Source of the DNA: Rhodothermales bacterium
GTDB lineage: Bacteria; Bacteroidota; Rhodothermia; Rhodothermales; Bin80
Direction: 5' to 3'
Assembly: GCA_965219915.1 (NCBI GenBank)
Contig: OZ244794.1
Coordinates: 579,343-643,342 of the forward strand
Length of the DNA: 64,000 nt
Position 1 is the stretch's first letter. Each line of letters starts with the position of its first letter. The position numbers were made by a program, and so were the translations under genes. The notes under the pieces were generated by a model. It did not search any database and was not told where the DNA came from. It worked only from the letters and a program-made list of their open reading frames with translations. Positions 8,261-16,736 of the stretch are shown here, in pieces.

Positions 8261-9106
8261 CTATTCAGTGCGGCGCTCAATAGGCGTCTGAGGGCCAGTG
8301 AGGACCATGCGTCCCCACGTAGCGTCGTCGTCACCGGTTCCGTAAATCATGAAATGTCCACCATAGGGTCCTCCATCTGGATCACAATGTACAATTTCGA
8401 GTCCATAAACATCCCCAACGTGCGGCGGCGTCCAGCGAGGATCGCTGGCTCCAAGCGTGGGAGCCATTCTGACACGTGCTTCCAGCACAAAATCGGCTTC
8501 TCCTGTACCCCAGGGGTCGAATTGGAATGCGTATGACACGGCCTCTGACGGGATTGGCTCCTCCACGTATCGCTCCTCGGCAGTCCCATGTCGCCACCAT
8601 GCCGCGTAATCCGGTCGAGATGCGTCTGCTACAAAGCAGAATGCGTTATCACCCTGACCAAAATACTCTGGAGCTTCGTCTCGAGGTGCCTCGACAAAAA
8701 AACAAATACTATCGCGCAGATACCACGCGCGCGGCTCCTGCCCGGGAGCATCAACGTCGTTAGCGTTGTCTTTCACTTCGGCCCCAAAATATAGGTGCTC
8801 AGCGTCCCAGGCCACATAATAACGGGCTTGCAGGTCGTCCTCCGGATGGGGTTCATTCCCATGGTCTGTGAGTCGGTTACGCCGGCCATCGTCATACCAG
8901 AATGTGTGGCGAAGACGGTAAATATCCCAGATTCCATCCGTGAACGCCAAGTCTTTCCACTCAGATAAACTCCCGTCTATATTGGGGGCGGTTTCCAATT
9001 GGGGAACAAGGAGTTGGACAGTCTGGGTTGGACGCGGCGCATCCTGGCCGGCTGCCAGAAACGCAGGAACGGTCAGTAGGAAAAGGAAAACTGAGTGCTT
9101 GATCAT
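8261..9106 (-). CDS. Secreted carbohydrate-binding (CBM9/DOMON-like) protein
   Basis: From the internal ATG the translation is MIKHSVFLFLLTVPAFLAAGQ, a signal peptide. APNIDGSLSEWKD and YYVAWDAEHLYFGAEVKDN resemble CBM9-type modules. The longer start at 9166 would nearly abut the sulfatase stop. Confidence 0.55.
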   Translation of the reverse strand: MIKHSVFLFLLTVPAFLAAGQDAPRPTQTVQLLVPQLETAPNIDGSLSEWKDLAFTDGIWDIYRLRHTFWYDDGRRNRLTDHGNEPHPEDDLQARYYVAWDAEHLYFGAEVKDNANDVDAPGQEPRAWYLRDSICFFVEAPRDEAPEYFGQGDNAFCFVADASRPDYAAWWRHGTAEERYVEEPIPSEAVSYAFQFDPWGTGEADFVLEARVRMAPTLGASDPRWTPPHVGDVYGLEIVHCDPDGGPYGGHFMIYGTGDDDATWGRMVLTGPQTPIERRTE

Positions 9107-9169
9107 GATCGGAGTATAAGCAGACTGTAGAGACAGAAAGTTAGCAGTTGCACGCATACTGCGCACAAT

Positions 9170-10531
9170 TTACTCGTAATCCCATTTGAGAATCCAGGGA
9201 TCGCCCGTGTTCTGCTGATATGCGCGCAGTCTATTCTGATAGTCTTCCAAAATAGGCTGATGGGCAGGATCTCCGGCAAGATTATGGACTTCGTGCGGGT
9301 CATTCTCGAGATCGTACAATTCAAACCTCGGCCGTTCAAGGTAGTTCTTAACGGGTCGTTTGCCGTAGTGTGTCAGTCCTCTCGATAGTGTTGCCTGCCA
9401 AGTCTCTGAGGCCCAGAGATCAGTGGCAAAAGGATAGGGTAGGCCGTGAGCAATATTCCAGATGAGTTTGTAGCGACGTCCCCGGACTACTCGCATGGGG
9501 TAATACATTGTGACCTCATGGAAGGTATGTGAAGCAAAGACCTCATTCCAACCCTCGGTTGAGCTTTTCGTCATTGCATTCTTGAAGCTGCGACCGTGCA
9601 TGGTTGGGGCTTCCGAAATCACGCCTGCCAGATCCAGGAGGGTTGGCGACAGGTCGGCCCAAGTCACCATAGCATCACAGACCCCAGGGGTTACATCAGG
9701 TCGCCGGATAACGCACGGCAGACGCATACCGGGTTCGTAGAGTGTGGTCTTTGCCCCTGGAAAAGCCACGCCGTTGTCTGAAATAAACACGACGACCGTA
9801 TTCTCCCATTTACCTGAGCTTTGGAGGAGTTCAATCAAACGCAAGAGACCGCGGTCGGCACGTTGCACTGACATATAGTAGCGCGCAAGTTCTCTTCGGG
9901 TTTCGGGCAAATCCGGTAAATAGTCGGGCACGAGTACCTCGTCGGGCGATACAGGATCACTTCCGTCTCGTACAAAGGGCCGGTGCGGTTCACTGGTGCA
10001 GAAGTACAGGAAGAAAGGACGGCCATCTTCTTGATCAAAAATGGATGCGCAGGCCTCTGCACGCTCCATAGGTGAGGTGCGGGCAGCCGTAATTTCTTCC
10101 TCAAACGCATAAACAGAGGGGGGTGCAACATGGTACTTACCCGTTCTCACAGTACGGTATCCTGCACGACGCAGAAGCGTTGGCAGCGATTGCACATGGT
10201 CGAAGGTTTTGAAATGATGGAAAGAATGCATGTGGCCGTACTGCCCGTTAGCATGGTTATAGAGACCGCTCAATATGACAGATCGGCTGGCACTGCAGGA
10301 TGCCGTAGTACAGAAGCCATGGGTAAATCGTGTGCCGTGCTCGGCCAGATGGTCCAGCCCTGGCGTCTTGATCACGGGATTACCGTAACAGCCGGCGTCA
10401 TTCGTTCCTTGGTCATCCACGACAACCATTACAATATTTGGTTGTTGACGCGTGGTGAACTTGCCCGCCAGTACTGCACTGGCAGATAAAGTTTGAAGGA
10501 AGGACCTGCGTGTGAGGTGTCTGTCTTGCAT
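9170..10531 (-). CDS. Sulfatase (formylglycine-dependent), Tat-exported
   Basis: RRSFLQTLSASAVLAG is the Tat motif. It is followed by PNIVMVVVDDQG and CSASRSVILSGLY, the C-x-A/P-x-R sulfatase signature. Confidence 0.9.
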   Translation of the reverse strand: MQDRHLTRRSFLQTLSASAVLAGKFTTRQQPNIVMVVVDDQGTNDAGCYGNPVIKTPGLDHLAEHGTRFTHGFCTTASCSASRSVILSGLYNHANGQYGHMHSFHHFKTFDHVQSLPTLLRRAGYRTVRTGKYHVAPPSVYAFEEEITAARTSPMERAEACASIFDQEDGRPFFLYFCTSEPHRPFVRDGSDPVSPDEVLVPDYLPDLPETRRELARYYMSVQRADRGLLRLIELLQSSGKWENTVVVFISDNGVAFPGAKTTLYEPGMRLPCVIRRPDVTPGVCDAMVTWADLSPTLLDLAGVISEAPTMHGRSFKNAMTKSSTEGWNEVFASHTFHEVTMYYPMRVVRGRRYKLIWNIAHGLPYPFATDLWASETWQATLSRGLTHYGKRPVKNYLERPRFELYDLENDPHEVHNLAGDPAHQPILEDYQNRLRAYQQNTGDPWILKWDYE

Positions 10532-10616
10532 TATTGAAAGCGTTGGTAAGAGAGTGTTTGTATCCGCAGGAACACCTGATAGCGGAAATCGATAACTTGG
10601 GAAAAATTCTTGAAAA

Positions 10617-13600
10617 ATGCCTACTACCCGTGAAGCATCAAAGATAACCTTGCACAGAGGAGGTATTAGCGCTTTGGTTGTGCTTGTGATATTCTGTGTG
10701 CAGTGTGGATCTAATCCACAGGGGCCAATGCAATCGATTAATGAAGGAGATCACATTGTGCTAATTGGCAACAATTTGTGCTCGCGCATGATGAATTTTG
10801 GGTATTTTGAAACGGAATTGCATCTGCGGTTTCCAGAGCACAAGCTAACAATCAGGAACATGTGCGATGGAGGCAATACTCCGGGTTTTCGGCCGCATCC
10901 GGGCCGTGTTTCTCCATGGGCTTTTCCTGGAGCAGACAGCTTCTACACGGAACTGGCACAGCCCTCCAACAGTCAGGGGCATTTCGAGACGCCCGATGAG
11001 TGGCTGACGCGATTGCAGGCCGATGTGATTGTGGCTTTCTTCGGCTTCAACGAATCCTTCGCCGGCCTTGAGGGAGTAGATGCCTTTGAATCAGAACTGG
11101 AGGCATTCGTCCAGCATACGCTTTCCCAATCTTACAACGGAGAGGGTGCGCCTGATCTCGCACTGGTATCTCCGATAGGCTTTGAGGATCTGACGCATGT
11201 ACTGGATGTACCTGACGGTAAGCAGGAGAATGTTAATCTGGCGGCCTACACAGAAGCCATTCAGCGTGTGTCGCAGCGTCATGGCCTCCCTTTTGCTGAC
11301 GTCTTCTCGGCTTCCAGAAGGTGGTATAGACGTACGACGGAGCCGCTTACCATTGACGGTTCACAGCTCAATGAAGGAGGATATGTCTTGTTGGCAGAAA
11401 GTCTGACGGATCAGTTGTTTGGGGGTAGTCGAGTGCTTGACGATCAGGAACGTGTCCATTTGCTGGCTGCCGTAAGAGACAAGAATTGGCATTGGCACAA
11501 CGATTTCAAAATCCCGAACGGCGTGCATGTGTATGGGCTTCGGTATAACCCGTTTGGACCGGACAACTATCCGGCAGAACTGGAAAAGATTAGTCAGATG
11601 ACCGCGATTCGGGATACCGCAGTTTGGCGGGTTCTAGCGGGAACTACTATGGATCTGGGAGCAGCCGATGCGCGGACGCGCGAGCTGCCTGAGGTGGTTA
11701 CTAACTACACTCCTAGCAACAAGAACGGGGACCCTGGTTATCGTTATGGAGAGGAGGCCTTAGCGACGCTCACTACTGCGCCTGGATACGAGATAGCGTT
11801 GTTCGCATCCGAAGTAGAGTTTCCCGACTTAGCGAATCCGGTTCAGATGTCATTTGATAATCAGGGCCGTCTGTGGGTATCGGTTATGCCCAGTTATCCG
11901 CACTGGAGGCCGGGAGATCCGCCTCCCAATGATAAGCTTCTGATCTTGGAAGACACAGATCAGGATGGAATGGCAGACCGGCAGATTGTATGGGCAGACG
12001 GTCTGCATCTCCCGGTTGGATTTGAATTCGCTCCGGAAGGGGTATATGTAAGCCAGGGTACCAATCTCGTACTGCTCTCAGATACCGACGGGGATGATCA
12101 TGCAGACACGCAGCAGACCATACTGAGTGGTTTTGACGATCACGATACGCATCATGTAATCAGCGCATTTGTGGCAGATCCATCCGGAGCCATCTATATG
12201 GGGGAAGGGGTATTTTTGCATTCAAACGTGGAGACATCGTATGGTCCGGTTCGAGGAACGAATGGGGGATTCTATCGCTACAACCCGCAACGACGCCACC
12301 TCGAACGCACTGCGCAACTGTCCATTCCCAATCCCTGGGGAATTGCTTTTGATGAATGGGGACAGCCTTTCTTCGCGGAAACTTCCGGTCCAGATGTACG
12401 CTGGATGTCCCCCGGAAGCCTTAAGCCACGTTATGGTGTGGCGACACATAAATCATATAACCTGATTGAGGATGCCCATCGCGTGCGTCCTACTTCGGGG
12501 TTAGAGTTCGTACACAGTCGACATTTCCCAGACGAAACGCAGGGGGACCTGTTGATCAACAACACGATTGGGTTCCTGGGGATGAAACAGCACACGATGG
12601 CGGATGACGGGACTGGATACATCAGTACGCATCGACATGATCTAGTTCAGAGTACCGATGGGAACTTCCGTCCTGTAGATATGGAGTTCGCCCCAGATGG
12701 TTCGCTTTACTTCGTTGACTGGCACAATGTGCTGATCGGTCACATGCAGCACAATGCACGCGATCCCCTGCGCGACCATGTTCATGGCCGGATCTATCGA
12801 ATTACGTATCCATCAAGGCCTCTGGTTGAGCCTGCCAGAGTAGCAGGAGCTGGCATTGATGAATTGCTGGAGAATCTGACGTTACCGGAGTATCGCACCC
12901 GGTACCGAACGCGTCGGGAACTACGCGGTCGTGCGCCCTCAGAAGTCTTGCCTCGCTTGGACATCTGGATGGCAGATCTGGACCCGGATGAAGAGAGATA
13001 CGAACATCATCTTTTGGAGGCCCTCTGGGTAACCTGGGGATTGAATCAGGTGGATGAAGCACTTTTGGAGCGGTTGTTGGGTGCGAGGGATTTCCGGGTT
13101 CGTGCTGCTGCCGTTCGTGTACTTCGATACAATCCACAGCTGGGAAGGCAGATAGAACTGCTTACAGAAGCAGCAGATGATTCGAATGGTCGTGTTCGTC
13201 TTGAAGTGATGGCGGCCGCTTCTTGGCTGGAACCCGAACAAGGGCTACCCATTGTTGAAAAAGCAAGTCAGCGCACACTGGATAGGTGGAACATGAATGT
13301 TTCCGTAACGGCTATAGCTCATTTGCGAGGTCAGCGTGTGCAGTCTGATCGGCCCGAAGAAGAAATGCCTGAACTGGAAGGTTCGGACCTGGAGCTGTTT
13401 ACCGCTGGTAAGGAGATTTATGGGCGCGATGGGTATTGCATTACCTGCCATAGGCCCGATGGCAAGGGGTTGCCGGCATCGGGCTTTCCTCCATTGGCCG
13501 GCACAGACTGGGTATTGGGGGATTCAGAGCGCCTGATCAAGGTCACATTGGATGGTCTCATCGGACCTATGGAAGTGTTGGGCGAGAGTTATCCGGGTCA

Positions 13601-13787
13601 GGTGCCTATGACACCATTCCGGGATTTGCTGAGCAACGATGAGGTTGCTGCCGTACTGACCTATGTGCGCAATGCATTCGGGAACCAGGCTTCAGCAATT
13701 ACGCCGGCCCAAGTAGAGTCCGTTCGTGCCAGTACAGCGACCAGGCAGGGATACTATACAGTCGACGAGCTTTTACAGAACAGATGA
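10617..13787 (+). CDS. PVC-type heme-binding CxxCH protein (SGNH-like N-domain, membrane-bound dehydrogenase-type beta-propeller, HEAT repeats, C-terminal cytochrome c)
   Basis: It begins with a lipoprotein-like N-terminus. Further blocks are GDHIVLIGNNL, FDNQGRLWVS and DGSLYFVDWHN, then HEAT-like FRVRAAAVRVL, and a C-terminal CITCHRPDGKG heme motif. Confidence 0.8.
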   Translation: MPTTREASKITLHRGGISALVVLVIFCVQCGSNPQGPMQSINEGDHIVLIGNNLCSRMMNFGYFETELHLRFPEHKLTIRNMCDGGNTPGFRPHPGRVSPWAFPGADSFYTELAQPSNSQGHFETPDEWLTRLQADVIVAFFGFNESFAGLEGVDAFESELEAFVQHTLSQSYNGEGAPDLALVSPIGFEDLTHVLDVPDGKQENVNLAAYTEAIQRVSQRHGLPFADVFSASRRWYRRTTEPLTIDGSQLNEGGYVLLAESLTDQLFGGSRVLDDQERVHLLAAVRDKNWHWHNDFKIPNGVHVYGLRYNPFGPDNYPAELEKISQMTAIRDTAVWRVLAGTTMDLGAADARTRELPEVVTNYTPSNKNGDPGYRYGEEALATLTTAPGYEIALFASEVEFPDLANPVQMSFDNQGRLWVSVMPSYPHWRPGDPPPNDKLLILEDTDQDGMADRQIVWADGLHLPVGFEFAPEGVYVSQGTNLVLLSDTDGDDHADTQQTILSGFDDHDTHHVISAFVADPSGAIYMGEGVFLHSNVETSYGPVRGTNGGFYRYNPQRRHLERTAQLSIPNPWGIAFDEWGQPFFAETSGPDVRWMSPGSLKPRYGVATHKSYNLIEDAHRVRPTSGLEFVHSRHFPDETQGDLLINNTIGFLGMKQHTMADDGTGYISTHRHDLVQSTDGNFRPVDMEFAPDGSLYFVDWHNVLIGHMQHNARDPLRDHVHGRIYRITYPSRPLVEPARVAGAGIDELLENLTLPEYRTRYRTRRELRGRAPSEVLPRLDIWMADLDPDEERYEHHLLEALWVTWGLNQVDEALLERLLGARDFRVRAAAVRVLRYNPQLGRQIELLTEAADDSNGRVRLEVMAAASWLEPEQGLPIVEKASQRTLDRWNMNVSVTAIAHLRGQRVQSDRPEEEMPELEGSDLELFTAGKEIYGRDGYCITCHRPDGKGLPASGFPPLAGTDWVLGDSERLIKVTLDGLIGPMEVLGESYPGQVPMTPFRDLLSNDEVAAVLTYVRNAFGNQASAITPAQVESVRASTATRQGYYTVDELLQNR

Positions 13788-15523
13788 GACATTACACGAT
13801 CGGTATGCGATTCATTATTCCTGTTATCTGGGTTGTTACGTTCGCTTTAGGAGGATGTCAGATATCGGATGGTCCACAACGCCCTAATGTTATTCTTGTT
13901 ATCACCGATGACCAAGGGTATGGGGATATCGGTGCGCATGGCAACCCTGCAATCAGTACGCCTGTACTTGATCGCCTGCACGACGAAAGCGTGCGTCTGA
14001 CCGACTTTCATGTAGATCCAACGTGTTCCCCGACGCGCTCGGCACTCCTTACGGGACGCTACTCTACCCGAACTGGGGTATGGCACACGATAATGGGGAG
14101 ATCCCTAATGGCTCCGGAAGAAGTCACTCTGGCCGAACTGTACGCCGACGCGGGCTATCGGACTGGGATGGTAGGTAAATGGCATTTGGGTGACAACTAT
14201 CCACTGCGTCCGCAGGATCAAGGGTTTGAAGAAGCTTTTTACCATCCGGCGGGCGGTGTTGGGCAGGGGCCCGATTATTTTGGGAATGACTATTTCGATG
14301 ACACGTATGTGCGCAATGGAGTCTTGGAGGAAACCGAAGGGTATGTGACTGACGTCTGGTTTGATGATGCATTGCGTTTTGTGGAGGAGCATCAGGATGA
14401 ACCTTTCTTTTTGTATCTGGCGACGAATGCCCCGCATGGGCCATACTTTGTGGAAGAGGAGTATGCGGCGCCGTACCGTGAGATGGGATTCCCTGATGTC
14501 ATGGCGCGGTTCAGCGGCATGGTTACGAACATTGATGACAATATGGGTAGGCTGCTGGCGCAGTTGGACTCCCTTGAGTTGAGTGAGAACACGCTTCTCA
14601 TTTTCATGACGGATAACGGTTCAGCTGAGGGTTGGGCCAACTGGCGCGGACAGGAGGGAGCATGGGAAGGATATAACGTGGGTATGCGCCAAGGCAAGGG
14701 ATCCGAGTATGATGGTGGGCATCGTGTACCGTTCTTTTTGCGTTGGCCTGCTGCTGGTTATGTCGGATCGCGGGAGGTGGATGCCTTGACGGCTCACATT
14801 GATGTATTGCCCACGCTGGCCGACCTCTGTGATCTACCGCTGCCAGCAGATCTGGATGGCGTTAGTCTGGTACCACTGCTACACGGAGAAGAGCAGCCGG
14901 AACGCACGCTATTTGTTCATTCTCAACGTGTTCCGTACCCGATCAAATGGCGTAAATCTGCTGTCATGACTGAACGTTGGCGGTTGGTTAACCAGAACGA
15001 GCTTTATGACATCCAGGAGGATCTAGGGCAGGAGAATGATGTTGCCGAACAGTTTCCCGAAGTGGTTGATGAATTGCGCGCAGCATACGAGCAGTGGTGG
15101 GATCACCTTACTCCTTCGTTTGATGGCTATGTTCGGATTGGGCTCGGGTCTGATTCGGAGAACCCGTTGGCACTCAATCCACATGATTGGCACGTAGTCG
15201 AGCAACCTCAATCAATTTGGAATCACAGGCAGGTTGAGAACGGCAGGATGGGCAACGGCTATTGGGCGGTTGAGGTGGTCGAATCTGGCAGATACACTTT
15301 TGAGTTGCGTAGATGGCCCAGACACATGGATGAACCTCTTGAGAGTACTGAGGCACGTATTAAGGTAGGAGACCAGGAGGCGCGCGTGGAGGTCACCGAA
15401 GACCAGACGGCAGCAGTGTTTGAGTTTGATCTTGTTGCGGGACCCACTACCGTGCAGACCTGGCTTGTCCAGCCGGACGGGCAGGAACGGGGTGCCTACT
15501 TTGTGTATGCGGAGCGCGAGTGA
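13784..15523 (+). CDS. Arylsulfatase
   Basis: PNVILVITDDQGYGD plus CSPTRSALLTGRY. The start overlaps the upstream stop (ATGA). Confidence 0.9.
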   Translation: MRHYTIGMRFIIPVIWVVTFALGGCQISDGPQRPNVILVITDDQGYGDIGAHGNPAISTPVLDRLHDESVRLTDFHVDPTCSPTRSALLTGRYSTRTGVWHTIMGRSLMAPEEVTLAELYADAGYRTGMVGKWHLGDNYPLRPQDQGFEEAFYHPAGGVGQGPDYFGNDYFDDTYVRNGVLEETEGYVTDVWFDDALRFVEEHQDEPFFLYLATNAPHGPYFVEEEYAAPYREMGFPDVMARFSGMVTNIDDNMGRLLAQLDSLELSENTLLIFMTDNGSAEGWANWRGQEGAWEGYNVGMRQGKGSEYDGGHRVPFFLRWPAAGYVGSREVDALTAHIDVLPTLADLCDLPLPADLDGVSLVPLLHGEEQPERTLFVHSQRVPYPIKWRKSAVMTERWRLVNQNELYDIQEDLGQENDVAEQFPEVVDELRAAYEQWWDHLTPSFDGYVRIGLGSDSENPLALNPHDWHVVEQPQSIWNHRQVENGRMGNGYWAVEVVESGRYTFELRRWPRHMDEPLESTEARIKVGDQEARVEVTEDQTAAVFEFDLVAGPTTVQTWLVQPDGQERGAYFVYAERE

Positions 15524-15600
15524 GAGGATTTGTTTGGCCAGTAGTGCGGGAGCCTGCGAAAAACTTGTCTGGTAACATCAGGGGGATCAGCTTGGGAGCG

Positions 15601-16689
15601 TCAATTTCCGGTAAGTGCCTCAAGGAATCCTTCATAGGCCGGCTTGGGTCTGTACTCCGCATCAAACAGCAGCCCCCACTCCGGATTACCCCAGAAATCA
15701 ATCAGCCAACTCTCGGGATCACGTAATCCCCACCAGGTGATTGCAAATTGATTGGCTTCGGGCAGGTCCATGAAGGCCGTTACAATGTCCTTTACGCGTT
15801 GCTTCTGAAGTTCACTCCGTACAGTTGTGAGTTCAGACAGATCACCTTGGGGGTTGACTCGGACATCCATTTCAGAGATATGAATCAGAAGGCCTCGTTG
15901 AACTATGGCATCCATCACTGCAACAATATTGTTCAAGGGAGGGGTGTTATAGGTGATATGCATCTGCAGCCCAACACCGTCAATCGGTATGCCGCGGGTC
16001 TGAAGGTCATCGATCATGGAAAACATTGTGTCTCGCTTGGCGGCATCCCAGATCGTACCATAATCGTTGTAGAAAAGCAGTACATCGGGGTCGGCGTTCC
16101 TGGCATACTGGAACAACCGGGCTATGTAGTCTGGCCCCATCCGTCGGCGATAGACTGAATTGCGGAACGCTCCTGATCCATCTTCAAAGGCTTCGTTAAT
16201 CACATCCCAGCTTACGACATCGTCTTTGTAGCGTCCAACGACATTAGTGATGTAATCTTCGACAGCATCCTCAAACTCAGCATCGGTCCCGCTGAAATTC
16301 TCTAGCCAGGATGGGGTGGACTGGTGCCAGACCAGCGTATGTCCATGGACCTGCATGTCGTATTCTTTTGCAAAGTCAACCAATGCGTCGGTGGGGCCCC
16401 AGACGTAGTTTCCCGAAGGATCTGTCATGTGCCGCATTTTCATCTCATACTCAGCAGTCACGCTGTTGAATACGGTGCGGACAACCTGTGAGTGGGGTGC
16501 AGAACTCAATCGGTTTGATTGGAGCGCAACTCCCACAGGAAAGGGGGCCACAGAGCGCAGCGGTGTGTATTCGTTGTTGGGTTCGGGCTCCCGTACTGCG
16601 ACTGTGCTGTCTTTGCAGCCGAGAGCAAGTATGGCCCAAAAGAAGAGAAGAAACAATCTCGAATGTATACAATTGATAATAACTCCCAT
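15601..16689 (-). CDS. Endo-1,4-beta-xylanase, GH10, lipoprotein
   Basis: LALGC is the lipobox. NSVTAEYEMKM, GHTLVWHQSTPSW, WDVINEAF, LFYNDYG and IHISEMDV are the GH10 catalytic-Glu contexts. Confidence 0.85.
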   Translation of the reverse strand: MGVIINCIHSRLFLLFFWAILALGCKDSTVAVREPEPNNEYTPLRSVAPFPVGVALQSNRLSSAPHSQVVRTVFNSVTAEYEMKMRHMTDPSGNYVWGPTDALVDFAKEYDMQVHGHTLVWHQSTPSWLENFSGTDAEFEDAVEDYITNVVGRYKDDVVSWDVINEAFEDGSGAFRNSVYRRRMGPDYIARLFQYARNADPDVLLFYNDYGTIWDAAKRDTMFSMIDDLQTRGIPIDGVGLQMHITYNTPPLNNIVAVMDAIVQRGLLIHISEMDVRVNPQGDLSELTTVRSELQKQRVKDIVTAFMDLPEANQFAITWWGLRDPESWLIDFWGNPEWGLLFDAEYRPKPAYEGFLEALTGN

Positions 16690-16736
16690 TACTTTCCGCC
16701 GTAATTTATATAGGCGCGCGCATTAAGCGATTAGCC